Source of the DNA: an uncultured delta proteobacterium
GTDB taxonomy: Bacteria; Myxococcota; Myxococcia; Myxococcales; Myxococcaceae
Direction: 5' to 3'
Length of the DNA stretch: 64,000 nucleotides
Assembly (NCBI GenBank): GCA_963771175.1
Contig: CAVYSY010000028.1
Location: 64,001 to 128,000 of the forward strand
The notes under the pieces are model-generated. The model saw only the letters and a program-made list of their open reading frames with translations. It did not search any database and was not told where the DNA came from. Both the position numbers and the translations under genes were made by a program. Position 1 is the first letter of the stretch, and each line of letters opens with the position of its first letter. Positions 50,850 to 61,398 of this stretch are shown here, piece after piece.

Positions 50850-51791
50850 CTATGGGTAGCGCACGGGGGCGGGATCCTCGGGCAGCGGGATGAACTCCGT
50901 CTCCTCCGGCACGGGCGCGAAGCGCCCGGCCTGCCAGTCCGCCTTGGCCTGCTCGATGCCGCTCCTGCGAGCTCGAGACGAAGTTCCAGAAGATGTGGCG
51001 CGGCCCGTCCATCGGCTCGCCGCCCAGCAGCATCAGCCGCGCCGGCGCCGTGCGCCCGAGCGCGATCGTCCTGCCCGGCGCGGAAGCACCAGCAGCTCGC
51101 CCGGGCTCGAAGCGATCGCCGTCGCAATCTCCACCGCGCCCTCGACGACGATAGAGCGCGCGCTCCTCGTGCTCGGCCGGGCAGCGCGAGGCGCGCGCCG
51201 GCCTCCAGCGCCGCGTCCGCGTAGAACATCTCCGAGAACGTCTGCACGGGCGAGCGCGCGCCGTAGAGCGCGCCCGCGATCAGCCGCAGGCGCTCGCCCT
51301 CGCCCTCGAGCGACCGGCAGCGCGTCGGCCGCGATGGTGGACGAAGGCGGGCGCGCGTCTCCTCGTGCGCTGCGCGGCAGCGCCACCCACGTCTGGATGC
51401 CGAAGAGCCGCCCGCCCGCCGGCGCGCACCTCGGGCGCGCGTGCGCTCGGAGTGGACGATGCCGCGCCCCGCGGTCATCCAGTTGACCTCGCCGGGCCGG
51501 ATCGGCTGCACGTGCCGAGGCTGTCGCGGTGGAGGATCTCGCCGTCGAAGAGATAGGTGACGGTGGCGAGCCCGATGTGCGGATGCGGCCGCACGTCGAG
51601 CCCGTGGCCCGAGCGCGAAGCACCGCGGGCCCCATCTGGTCGAAGAAGATGAAGGGCCCGACCATGCGCCGCTGGGCCGAGGGCAGCGCCCGCCGCACCT
51701 CGAAGCCGTCGCCGAGATCCCGGGTGCGGGTGACGATGAGGGTTTCCAGCGCGGGGTGCTGCTTCGTTTCACTCATGTCATCCCAGCTCAT
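50850..51791 (-). CDS. Pirin family protein; multiply frameshifted
   Basis: [43 protein letters not shown]. Confidence 0.88.
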
Positions 51792-51905
51792 GGGTTGCTC
51801 CTTGCTCCTCAGGTGACAACCATCATGTGGAGGTGACCCGTTGCGCGCCAGACGCCAACGACGGGACACACCGTTCCACCCATGGGATGGAGGAGACGAA
51901 CGCCC

Positions 51906-52793
51906 TCATTCCACGGAAGGGGCGGGCCAGTGCTCACGCAGGAAGTCCACGAAGGCCATCACCTTGGGAGAGTGGTGCCGGGTGCTCGGGTAGACCGCGT
52001 TCACCGGGGCGCCGGCCGAGCTCCAGTCCGGCAGGAGGCGGTGCAGGAGGCCGACAGCGAGGTCCGCGGCGGAGTGGATGTTGGGGAGGAGCGCGATCCC
52101 GGAGCCCGCCAGCGTCACCGCGCGCAGCATGTCGGGCTCGTTCACGACGAGCCGCGGTCGGATGGAGACTTCGACCGACCTGCTCCCGGAGTGCAGGGTC
52201 CAGACGTTCCCCTCGCGTCCCGCGCCAAAGAGGAGGCAGTCGTGTTTCTCGAGGTCCCGGGGTGACCTGGGCGCTCCCCGAGCCTGGAGGTAGCTCGGGG
52301 CCGCCACGACGAAGCGCTCGATGCTCCCGAGCTTGCGGGCGATGAGCGACGAGTCGGCCAGCCGTCCAGCGCGCACGGCCAGGTCGAATCCCTCCTCCAC
52401 CAGATCGACCGTCCGATCCGTGCACACCAGCTCGAGTTGAACCTCGGGGTAGCGCTTCAGGAACTCGGCGACGAGCGGCCCGAGGAAGCTGAAGGTGAGC
52501 GGTGTCGTCACGCGGAGCAGCCCGTGAGGCGCGGCCTGCATGCGGGTGACGGCCAGCTCGGCCTCCTCGGCCTCGGCCACGATGCGAGCACAGTGCTCGT
52601 AGTAGGCCCGCCCCACTTCCGTGAGGCGCAGCTTGCGCGTCGTGCGCTGCAGGAGCTGCGCGCCGATGCGCTCCTCGAGCTCGGACACCTTCCGGCTGAC
52701 GGTGGACTTGGGCATTCGGAGCCCGCGAGCCGCCGCGGTGAAGCTGCCGGCCTGGACCACCTTGGCGAAGACGAGGAGTTCGTTGAGGTCCAT
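51906..52793 (-). CDS. LysR family regulator
   Basis: GSFTAAA...KSTVSRKVSELE...LLQRTTR; DLVEEGFDLAVR. Confidence 0.93.
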   Translation of the reverse strand: MDLNELLVFAKVVQAGSFTAAARGLRMPKSTVSRKVSELEERIGAQLLQRTTRKLRLTEVGRAYYEHCARIVAEAEEAELAVTRMQAAPHGLLRVTTPLTFSFLGPLVAEFLKRYPEVQLELVCTDRTVDLVEEGFDLAVRAGRLADSSLIARKLGSIERFVVAAPSYLQARGAPRSPRDLEKHDCLLFGAGREGNVWTLHSGSRSVEVSIRPRLVVNEPDMLRAVTLAGSGIALLPNIHSAADLAVGLLHRLLPDWSSAGAPVNAVYPSTRHHSPKVMAFVDFLREHWPAPSVE

Positions 52794-52920
52794 GAGGTTC
52801 CCGGCCCGGGAGTCGTTCCATGGGTGGAACAGTCCTTCCAGTCCGCCCCATCTAATCAAGACCACCGTCCGCCGCTACCTTGAGCACATCAGTCACTCAC
52901 TCACGACAAGGAAAACACAC

Positions 52921-53472
52921 ATGGCCAACGCGACCTGGAACATCGACCTGACCCACTCTGGCGTGCACTTCTCCGTCCGGCACATGGTCATCGCCAAGGT
53001 GCGGGGGAACTTCCGGAAGTTCACCGGGACGGTGTCGCTGGACGAGCAGGATCCCTCCACCTCGTCGGTCACCGCCAGCATCGAGGCGGCGAGCATCGAC
53101 ACCGGTGTCCAGCAGCGCGATGACCACCTGCGCTCGCCGGACTTCTTCGACGCGGCGAAGTTCCCCACCATCTCCTTCCAGAGCACGAAGGTGGAGAAGA
53201 CCTCGGGCAATGGCCTGCGGGTGACCGGGAATCTGACCATCCGTGACATCACCCGCGAGGTGGTGCTGGAGACCGAGCAGCTCGGCATCGGGAAGGACCC
53301 GTGGGGCAACACCAAGGCCGCCTTCGAGGCGAAGACCTCGATTGACCGCCGGGACTTCGGCCTGACGTGGAACCAGGCGCTGGAGGCCGGTGGTGTCCTC
53401 GTCGGCGAGAAGATCGAGATCGCCCTGGAGATCCAGGCGGTCAAGGCGCAGGCCACCGAGAAGGCGGCCTGA
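52921..53472 (+). CDS. YceI family protein
   Basis: HS.V.FSVRHM, SIDTG..RDDHLRS.DFF, DPWGN, R.DFGL.WN. Confidence 0.93.
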   Translation: MANATWNIDLTHSGVHFSVRHMVIAKVRGNFRKFTGTVSLDEQDPSTSSVTASIEAASIDTGVQQRDDHLRSPDFFDAAKFPTISFQSTKVEKTSGNGLRVTGNLTIRDITREVVLETEQLGIGKDPWGNTKAAFEAKTSIDRRDFGLTWNQALEAGGVLVGEKIEIALEIQAVKAQATEKAA

Positions 53473-53495
53473 GTCATCGCCTATAGTGCCCGCGT

Positions 53496-53894
53496 ATGGT
53501 CTGGCTCCGTGCCGTGTCCGTCTGGCTGCTGCTCATTGGCGCCGAAGTCATCAACGGCACGGTGCGGGTGCTCGTCCTGGAGCCGAGGCTCGGAGACTTC
53601 CGAGCGCGGCAACTCGGCGTGTTCACCGGGTCGGCGCTGATCCTGACCCTCACCTATACCTGCATTCCGTGGATCCGAGCGCGCTCGTCGCGGCAACTCC
53701 TCGCCATCGGAGCGCTCTGGGTCTCACTCACGCTGCCCTTTGAGATCGGGTTGGGACGGCTCTCCGGGAACTCGTGGCAGCGGATCGGCTCGGACTTCGA
53801 CCTCTCGCATGGCGGGCTGCTTCCACTCGGGCTGCTCGTCATGCTCTGCGCCCCACTGATTGCCACCCGGATTCGCCGCCCGCCTACGGAGTGA
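53496..53894 (+). CDS. Small multi-pass membrane protein
   Basis: Four hydrophobic segments; NG..R and FE..LG motifs. Confidence 0.65.
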   Translation: MVWLRAVSVWLLLIGAEVINGTVRVLVLEPRLGDFRARQLGVFTGSALILTLTYTCIPWIRARSSRQLLAIGALWVSLTLPFEIGLGRLSGNSWQRIGSDFDLSHGGLLPLGLLVMLCAPLIATRIRRPPTE

Positions 53895-54000
53895 ATGCGG
53901 AGCGGATGCGCAACTCGGGGCATTTCCGCTGGAGCCAGGCGACTCCCTGCGCAGTCACCTGGGTGTCCCTCAGGTCCACTTCATGGAGCTTCAGGCGGAC
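53884..54000 (-). pseudogene. Possible LRR protein C-terminal remnant
   Basis: LHEVDLRDTQVTAQGVAWLQRKCPELRI resembles an LRR capping repeat. Confidence 0.4.
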
Positions 54001-54002
54001 TA

Positions 54003-55147
54003 AGTAGGTGACCAAAAGTCCCCGACATAATAACGCGGAGGGCCTACGCTGAGCCGATGCGCAAGGCACTGGCCCCCGCCCAACGGGGGCTGACCAGGTA
54101 TGACCGCGCTCGACTCCGGCGAGCGCTTCGGCACGCCGAGGATGTACGCGTGTTCCAGCGTGCGCAAGCGCTGCTGCTGGTAGCTGAGGGCCACACGTTG
54201 ACCCAGGCGGCGCACGTCACGGGGTTGAGCCGACCGACGGTGTACTTCTGGCTCAAGCGCTACGTGCAACAGCGGCGCATCGAAGCACTGCGCGACGGAC
54301 CTCGCCGCGGACGGCCGCCGGCCGCCGACTGCATCAGTCCGGAGCAGATACTCCTCGAACTCAGCAGCCCACCCTCGGACTGGGGCTATAGCACCCACAT
54401 CTGGACGGTGGCGCTGCTGGCCGGGCACCTGGAGCGGCGCTACGGCTGTCCCATCAATCCTCGCACCCTGCGCCGCCGCATGAAGGCCATGGGCCTGCGC
54501 TGGAAGCGTCCGCGCTACGTCTTCTCGGAGAAGGCGCCCCACCTGCCCCAAAAAAAGGAGCGCTTGTCCGTAGGCTGAGACGGCTGCCCGAAGGCGCGGT
54601 GTTCCTCTTTGAGGACGAGACCTTCCTGCGTCAGTTTCCGCCGCTACGCGCGGCGTGGGCTCCCCGAAGGCAGCAGGCCCGAGTGCCCATCACCGGGCAG
54701 AACGCGAAGCGTGTACTCTTCGGTGCTCTCAATCCGCTCACCGGCCACCGTGTCGTTCTCCAGCGCCCCTCTCTGCGTCAGGAGGACTTCCAGGCCTTCC
54801 TCCGGCTGTTGCGAGCGCACTACCCTGGGCGCCCCCTCTTCCTGCTGCTGGACAAGGCCGGCTGTCACACCGCCGTGCGCTCCCTGCAGCTCGCCGCGCA
54901 CCTGGACATCCACCTGCTGTGGTTGCCCAAGCAGTGGTCGGAGCTCAACGCCATGGACCACCTGTGGCGCGGCCTCAAGCAGCACGTCGCCGCCAACCGC
55001 CAATACCCCACCGTTGACGCACAGGCCCAGGACGCCGAAGACTGGGTGCTGGGCCTGTCGCCTCGGCAGGCTCTGCGCAAGGCAGGAGTCCTCTCCCGCC
55101 GTTTCTGGCTCCGTTCCTTTTTGTAAAGGAACTTTTGGCTACCTACT
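54003..55147 (+). mobile_element. IS630 family insertion sequence
   Basis: Imperfect TIRs (TA)AGTAGGTGACCAAAAGTCCC / GGAACTTTTGGCTACCTACT(TA); duplicated TA in a CTAG target. Confidence 0.93.
54057..55126 (+). CDS. IS630 transposase (HTH orfA + DDE orfB joined by -1 frameshift)
   Basis: GRPP, WT, EDET, LLLD.A..H, ELNAMD.LW..LK; A-AAA-AAG at 54551-54557. Confidence 0.9.
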
Positions 55148-55991
55148 TAGAAGAGGTCGCCGAGGGTCTCCAGCGCGCCGACGACGAGATTCGACGCCCA
55201 CATCGATGAGGTCGACGCTCTCCACGGCCACCTCCACGACATCCACGGCCATCTCCGCGACCTCCAGGGCCGTCTCCACGGACTCCGCGACCGTCTCCCC
55301 CGTCTCCGCCATGCGGTTGCGCTCCACCCCTTCACTCGTCAGGGGCAGCACCACGGCGGTCGTACGGAGCGTCGGGCCTCCGGTGGAAGCCCTCCATCCG
55401 CAGGTTGTCCATCAGGAGCCGGGCCGCCACCTCGGGCGCGACGTCGTGACGCGAGCCCGTCGCCTGTTCCGCGTCCCGCACCGTCTCCTCCACGCAGTGT
55501 GGATCCAGGATGGAGACGGGCGCGTGGCAGCGCGCGCAGTCGGATTGGGTCGCCAGCTCGATGGGCGCCGCGCAGTCGGAGCACTGGAGCGTGTCCACGT
55601 GCTTGCGCAGCTCGGTCAGCTCCTTGCGGTTGAGGCTCCGGACGATGCCCTTCTCGCGCAGGAACTGGAAGAAGGTGATGAAGTGGCCGTGATTCTCGGG
55701 ACAGCGCGCGTACTGGAAGCTGTTGTTGTGGGCCATGTCGTGCGTCAGCGCCAGTGGCGAGTCGCAGCGCGGGCACCTGCGCGAGCGGCTCGGGCGCTGG
55801 CGGTACTCGTTCCGCCGGCCGTGCAGCTTCCGGAAGAGCTGCAGGGTGCCGAGCGAGGAGAGCCGCCGGCTCTCGTTCTTGTCGAACCACAGGCCGTGGC
55901 AGCCCTGGCACACGTCCAGCACCACGCGCTTGCCGCTCAGTCCCTCGAAGGACTGCTCGACCATCTGCTCCTTGCACTCCGGACAGTTCAT
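55147..55991 (-). CDS. zf-TFIIB-like multi-zinc-ribbon protein; one frameshift
   Basis: CPEC, DVCQGCHGLWFD..E, CPRC, CSDC, CARC; acidic tail. Confidence 0.8.
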
Positions 55992-56539
55992 CGCACCTCC
56001 AGCGCGCGCCGCATGACGTGGAACACGCTCTGCTTGTTGCCGAACTCCGCGATGACCTGCTTCACGGTCTCGAAGCCGCTGCGCGTCCAGAAGCGCCGCC
56101 CGGCCTCGTTGTGCTCGGAGGCCGCCAGGCGCAGGTACGCGGCACCCTGCCCTCGCAGCCAGTGCTCCAGCGCGGCGAGCAGCTTCGGGCCCAGCCCGTG
56201 GTTGCGGTACTTCGGGTCGAGCACCAGCAGCCCGAGGTACCACTCGCGCGGCTCCGGGAAGTCGCGGATGACGTCGATGCCGCCCACCAGCCGGCCCGAG
56301 CGATTGAAGACACCCATGCCGAACTTGTCGGCGAGCGTCTTGCCCGGAGGCAGGTCCGTCAGCAGCTCGCGAATCATCTGCTCGGGGTCGGGCGGCGAGC
56401 CGTAGTGCAGCTCGAGGTGCTCCAGGCAGCGCTCACCCAGGTTCCGGAGGAGGGGCGTGTCCTCCTCGGAGACCCGCCGCACCCGGTACTCCTCGACCTC
56501 GAACAGGGCCTCTCCTCGAAGGGACGTCATCCACCGCAT
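55988..56539 (-). CDS. GNAT family acetyltransferase
   Basis: LGLLVLDPKYRNHGLG, N..G.RFW...GF. Confidence 0.88.
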   Translation of the reverse strand: MRWMTSLRGEALFEVEEYRVRRVSEEDTPLLRNLGERCLEHLELHYGSPPDPEQMIRELLTDLPPGKTLADKFGMGVFNRSGRLVGGIDVIRDFPEPREWYLGLLVLDPKYRNHGLGPKLLAALEHWLRGQGAAYLRLAASEHNEAGRRFWTRSGFETVKQVIAEFGNKQSVFHVMRRALEVR

Positions 56540-56562
56540 GCGGGGCGCACCCTAGCAGGAGT

Positions 56563-57750
56563 TCAGCCCACCCGAGCCCGGGGCCGGCGCACCTTCACCG
56601 CGCCGAGCGCCTTGGCATGGCGCGTCAGGGCCTCGTCGAGCGCCGCGTCGTCGAGCTTCACGCCCTTCTCCCTCCACAACTTCTCCACTCGGAGGACGCC
56701 GTCCTCCACGCGCGCCTCCAGCCGCCCCACCAGTTGGCCCCGGTGCAGCAGCGGGCACACGTACCAGCCCCAGCGACGCTGGGCCTCGGGCTTGTAGACC
56801 TCCCACACGTACTCGAAGCCGAAGGCGTGCTTCACCAGCTCTCGGTCCCAGAGGAGCGGCTCCAGCGGGCCGAGGATGCGCAGGCGCTCATCCGGCGCCG
56901 TGATGGGTCGGGAGCGGAAGCCCGCGGGGACGAGGTAGCGCCGGGGCGAGCCGGGCAGGGCCACCTCCTCCAGCAGGCCCTCGCGGACGAGCGAGTCCGG
57001 GAGGGGAGAGGTGCGGACCGGGGACAGCGAGGACCAGTGCGCCCCGCTCGCGCGTGAAAGGAGGCCGGCGGCTTCCACACGCTCGGTGAGGGCCCAGCGC
57101 GCGAAGCCCTCGTCACCGGTGTAGCCCACGGGCGAGCGCGCCACGGTGGGGAGGGCACGGTGCGGCATGTCGTAGCGCTTGCCCCCGGGGCCTCGGCCGC
57201 ACACCACGACCTGGCAGCGCGTCCACAGCACCTCGAGCGCCATCGAGGTGGCCTTCCCCGTGCCTTTCCACCCGCTCCAGTCGAGGGGTTTCACCGCGCC
57301 GTGGTCCGTCAGCTCCGCGGCGGTGATGGGGCCGCGGGCCTCGACTTCCTCCAGCACGGCACCGAGCACCTTCTCGGGCAGACGCTCCAGGCGGGTGGCG
57401 AGGCGCCACCACGGCGTCTCGAGCGAGCGCTCGCGGTAGTGCGGGAAGGCGCTGGCGGGGAGGATGCAGCGCTCCTTGGCCCAGTGCTCGAAGGCGTGGC
57501 CCGGGTAGAGGTGGCGGTACACATCGCCCTTGGAGATGCCATCCACGCGCGCGAGCGCCACCAGGTCCGCGTTGGTGCCGATGACGTCGAGCGGGTCCAA
57601 CTGGATGTGGCGCAGGTGGCGGAGCAGGGCACGCACGCCCTCGGCGCCGGGTGGGTAGGTGGGCGCGGCGAGCCCCAGGTGGCTGACGAGCCAGGCCCGT
57701 GCTTCGTCCACGGGCAGTGTCGCGGGAGGGGGAGTGGTGGGCTTGGGCAT
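56563..57750 (-). CDS. YcaQ/AlkZ-like (HTH_42) DNA crosslink glycosylase
   Basis: IQLDPLDV, FEHWA, L.P.EPLLWDR, FGFEY.WEVYKP...RRWGWY. Confidence 0.85.
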   Translation of the reverse strand: MPKPTTPPPATLPVDEARAWLVSHLGLAAPTYPPGAEGVRALLRHLRHIQLDPLDVIGTNADLVALARVDGISKGDVYRHLYPGHAFEHWAKERCILPASAFPHYRERSLETPWWRLATRLERLPEKVLGAVLEEVEARGPITAAELTDHGAVKPLDWSGWKGTGKATSMALEVLWTRCQVVVCGRGPGGKRYDMPHRALPTVARSPVGYTGDEGFARWALTERVEAAGLLSRASGAHWSSLSPVRTSPLPDSLVREGLLEEVALPGSPRRYLVPAGFRSRPITAPDERLRILGPLEPLLWDRELVKHAFGFEYVWEVYKPEAQRRWGWYVCPLLHRGQLVGRLEARVEDGVLRVEKLWREKGVKLDDAALDEALTRHAKALGAVKVRRPRARVG

Positions 57751-57821
57751 GAGCGCTGCGGACTATCAGGAGCTGGATATAAGCAATGAGCGACGTCCTA
57801 CTGCTACCGTGATGTCTGGGA

Positions 57822-58715
57822 TTACGGGCCGGAGCGGCGCAGCGATTCCACGATGAAGGTCTTCAGCGCCCGCGCCGCCGCCGTGAGGTACTCCTCGCCG
57901 CGGTGCACCAGCGCCACCTGACGTCTCGGGCCTCCCTTCTCCACCTCCACCACGTCGAAGCCTCGCGCCGCGTGGTCTCTCGCCATCAGTCCCGGCAGCA
58001 GCGCCACTCCCAGGCCCCGCTCCACCATCCTCCTCAGCCCCTCCGCGCTGTCCATCTCCACCGCTATCCGGGGCTTCACCCCGATCGCCTCGCACGCCGC
58101 CTCCAGCGCGTTCGTGCCCGACATACCCGGAATCACCACCAGCGGCTCCTTCACCACCTCCGTCAGCGCCACCGGCCTCTTCAGCTTCGTCAGCCGGTGC
58201 CCCCTCGGCACCGCCAGCACCAGCTCCTCCTCCCACAGCCTCTGCGCCACCAGGTCCACCCGTCTCATCGGCAGGTTCACGATGCACAGGTCCAGCTCGC
58301 CGCTCGCCACCCGGCTCTCCAGTGTGTCGTGCGTCCCCTCGCTCAGCCTCGGTAGCACCTCGGGGTAGCGGTCCTTGAACGCCCGCACCAGCTCCGGCAG
58401 CAGGTACGTCCCCACCGAGGGCAGCGTCCCCAGTGACACCGCGCCCCTCGGCGTCGTCGTGAGCTCACCCAGCTCCGCTGTCCCCGCCGCCAGTGCGTCC
58501 AGCGCCCGCCTCGCGTGGGGCAGGAAGCGCTCCCCCGCGTCCGTCAGCACCGCCCCGCCCGGCGCCCGGACGAGCAGGCGCACCCCCAGCTCCGTCTCCA
58601 ACGCCTGGAGCTGCCTCGACAGCCCCGGTTGTGACACCCCCAGCCGCCTGGCCGCCACCGTGAGGCGCCCCTCCTGTGCCACCTGGATGAAGGCCCTGAG
58701 CTGCTCCGTGTTCAT
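57822..58715 (-). CDS. LysR family regulator
   Basis: QLRAF..VA, AA..LGVSQPGLSRQ, LTDAGE. Confidence 0.92.
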   Translation of the reverse strand: MNTEQLRAFIQVAQEGRLTVAARRLGVSQPGLSRQLQALETELGVRLLVRAPGGAVLTDAGERFLPHARRALDALAAGTAELGELTTTPRGAVSLGTLPSVGTYLLPELVRAFKDRYPEVLPRLSEGTHDTLESRVASGELDLCIVNLPMRRVDLVAQRLWEEELVLAVPRGHRLTKLKRPVALTEVVKEPLVVIPGMSGTNALEAACEAIGVKPRIAVEMDSAEGLRRMVERGLGVALLPGLMARDHAARGFDVVEVEKGGPRRQVALVHRGEEYLTAAARALKTFIVESLRRSGP

Positions 58716-58785
58716 GCGTTCTCCGCATGCACTGTATGCGAGGGATGCGGCTTTCGCATGTCCCTCCCGGGGCTACTCCTGGAGC

Positions 58786-60156
58786 ATGGACGGGAGTGTT
58801 TCAGAGCTTCAGGTGGCCGCTCGCCCCGGTCTGGCCCGCCGCATGGCCACCTCCGCGGTGCTGCTCGGCCTCGTGGTCTCCGCCTTCGAGACCACCGTGG
58901 TCACCAGCGCCATGCCCACCCTCACCCGCGAGCTCGGCCGGCAGGACCTCTACTCCTGGGTCTTCTCCTCCTACCTCTTCGCCTCCACCCTCGGCGTGCT
59001 CGTCTTCGGCAAGCTCGCCGACCACTTCGGCCGCAAGCCCGTCTTCTCCGCCGGCATGGGCCTCTTCCTCCTCGGCTCCGTCCTCTGTGGCGCCGCCGGG
59101 TCCGTCCCCGCCCTCATCGCCTTCCGCGTCATCCAGGGGCTCGGCGCCGGTGCGCTCCAGCCCACCACCATGACCATCAGCGCCGACCTCTACACGCTCC
59201 GCGAGCGCGCCGCCGTCCAGGGCGTCTTCACCGGGGCCTGGGGTGCCGCCACCGTCGTCGGCCCCCTCATCGGCGGCTGGCTCGTCATGCACGCCTCCTG
59301 GCGCTGGGCCTTCCTCGTCAACATCCCCGTCGGCCTGTTCGCGCTCGTCCTGCTCCACGTCTCCTACCGCGACCCCGCCCGCCGCCCCGGCCGCGTGGAC
59401 ATCTGGGGGCCCGCCCTCACCGGGGCCTCCTTCGGCCTGCTCCTCTTCGCCCTCGAGCGCGGGGGCGCCGGTGGGTTGCGCCTTCCCTTCGCCCTCGCCG
59501 CCTCCGTGGGCCTCGTCGCCGTCGTCCGGCAGCAGCGCTCCTCGCCCTCGCCCCTCATGCCCCTGGAGCTCCTGCGCGACCGCACCGTCCTGTGTGGCGT
59601 CTTCGGCGGCCTCATGAGCGGCGGCCTCCTCTACTCCACCACCGCCTTCGTCCCCCTGTGGATGACCGAGCGCGGCGGCTACAGCCCCTTCATGGCCGGG
59701 CTCGCCCTGGTGCCGTTGCTCGCAGGCTGGGCCTGTGGCTCCACCTTCGGCGTGCGCGTCTTCGTCCGCGGCGGCCTCCGCGCCAGCGCCGGAGGGGGCT
59801 TCGCCCTCGCCCTGCTCGGTGCCTCGCTGTTCGCCCTCGGGGTTGCCCGGGGCTGGGGCATCCCCGCCACCTTCGCCAGCCTCGGGCTGCTGGGGCTGGG
59901 GCTCGGGCCGGCCGCCTCCACCTCGCTGATCGGCCCCCAGACGCGCGCTCCCTGGCACCACCGGGGCATGGTGACGAGCGCCATCTACGCCACCCGCATG
60001 CTCGGCGGCTCCTTCACCATCGCCGCGATAGACCTCGTGCCCGGGAGCTTCGCCCTCCGCTTCGCTCTTGTCGCCGCCATCGCCGGGGTGGCCGCCGGGG
60101 TGCTCGCCAGCCTGGCCCCGGGCCGGATCGTCACCGAGGACTCCGAGTCCCCCTGA
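58786..60156 (+). CDS. MFS transporter (DHA2-like)
   Basis: GKLADHFGRK, RVIQGLGAG, GPLIGG, WRWAFLVNIPVG. Confidence 0.9.
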   Translation: MDGSVSELQVAARPGLARRMATSAVLLGLVVSAFETTVVTSAMPTLTRELGRQDLYSWVFSSYLFASTLGVLVFGKLADHFGRKPVFSAGMGLFLLGSVLCGAAGSVPALIAFRVIQGLGAGALQPTTMTISADLYTLRERAAVQGVFTGAWGAATVVGPLIGGWLVMHASWRWAFLVNIPVGLFALVLLHVSYRDPARRPGRVDIWGPALTGASFGLLLFALERGGAGGLRLPFALAASVGLVAVVRQQRSSPSPLMPLELLRDRTVLCGVFGGLMSGGLLYSTTAFVPLWMTERGGYSPFMAGLALVPLLAGWACGSTFGVRVFVRGGLRASAGGGFALALLGASLFALGVARGWGIPATFASLGLLGLGLGPAASTSLIGPQTRAPWHHRGMVTSAIYATRMLGGSFTIAAIDLVPGSFALRFALVAAIAGVAAGVLASLAPGRIVTEDSESP

Positions 60157-60260
60157 GCCGGGCTTCCCGGGCCTCGCCCGCCTCCCCTCCTCTCGTGCAC
60201 CCCTGGCTCCCTGGTGGGTTTGTTCGCTCCCGGGCGCCAGAGGCGCCATGATGCGCCCCC

Positions 60261-61241
60261 ATGGGAAGTACGAGGCATCCATGGACGCCCCTCGGGGCCC
60301 CCCTGGCGTTCCTGCTGGGGACGCTGCTCACGGGCTCCTCCGTGCGCGCCCAGGACGCGGGCACTCCGGACACCGTCCCTGTCACGCAGGATGCGGGCAC
60401 CGCCGACAGCTCCGCAGTTGCCGCGGACCCGGGCGCCCAGGAGCCGGCCCAGGTCCAGGCTCCGGTCCCCGAAATCACGAACTGCGGTGACAAACAGGTC
60501 GGCACCGGCGAGGGCATGCTCCGGCCGCTCGGGCAGGGGTTCTACGCCGATGGCACCCGCGTGCGGCGCGGCTGCACCCTCATCCTCCAGCGCCCGGTGA
60601 AGAACCGCCCGCCGGTGCCCTTCGTCCCGGACTCCTTCCGGCCGCTCGGGTGCGGTTTCTTCCGCTACGCCACCAGCATCTACTGGGACCGGCCGCTCTC
60701 CGCCGAGGACTCCGCGAAAGAGCCCAACGGGCAGCCCGCGGACGTGCTCACGCGCCTGGACCTCGCCGACGCGCAGACCTTCGAGGTGGATGCGGACTGC
60801 CGGCCCCGGGACGCGCGCTTCTTCTACCTCAACCACACCCGCCGCCCCGAGCTCCCCGCCTTCGTCGCCGTCCCGCGCGGTGATGGGCAGGGCTACGAGG
60901 AGCTCGGCTGCGGCTTCGTCCGCTACGAGGGCCGCGTCTTCTTCGGGGCCCGCGTCGTCGAGGGGGTACATGCGCCCTCCTTCACCACCGTGATGGGCCG
61001 CCTGCCCTACCTGGAGTGCGGCACGGCCATGTACGGGAAGGACCGTGCCAAGGTGTGGTGGCAGCACCTGATGGTGCGCGGCGCGAAGGTGAAGACGTTC
61101 CGCATCCCCCAGGCCGACAACCCCGACTTCCGCGTGGCCTGCAACGGCCGCCGCTCGTTCCAGCAGGGCGTCGTGGAGAAGAAGCCGAACGCGCTCTGCC
61201 GGCCCGCGAAGAAGGCGGTCAAGGCCAAGAAGCGGAAGTAG
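60261..61241 (+). CDS. Exported protein with DKNYY-like repeats
   Basis: Signal peptide; PDSFRPL, ADAQTFEV, YGKD..KVWW, A...TF. Confidence 0.6.
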   Translation: MGSTRHPWTPLGAPLAFLLGTLLTGSSVRAQDAGTPDTVPVTQDAGTADSSAVAADPGAQEPAQVQAPVPEITNCGDKQVGTGEGMLRPLGQGFYADGTRVRRGCTLILQRPVKNRPPVPFVPDSFRPLGCGFFRYATSIYWDRPLSAEDSAKEPNGQPADVLTRLDLADAQTFEVDADCRPRDARFFYLNHTRRPELPAFVAVPRGDGQGYEELGCGFVRYEGRVFFGARVVEGVHAPSFTTVMGRLPYLECGTAMYGKDRAKVWWQHLMVRGAKVKTFRIPQADNPDFRVACNGRRSFQQGVVEKKPNALCRPAKKAVKAKKRK

Positions 61242-61339
61242 GCGGGCCCGGGCTGCACGACGGGAGGGTGCTCTCCAGTCCATCGCCTCTCCCTCGAAGG
61301 TGGCTGCGCGAAGGGAGGGGGTGTCGGGCGCGCGGCGCG

Positions 61340-61368
61340 AAAACCTGTCCGACTGTCGGACAGGTTTT
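61340..61368. repeat. REP-like palindrome
   Basis: AAAACCTGTCCGAC-T-GTCGGACAGGTTTT between convergent genes. Confidence 0.85.
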
Positions 61369-61398
61369 TCAAAAGTGCGCCCGGAGGGGGCTCCTCCC

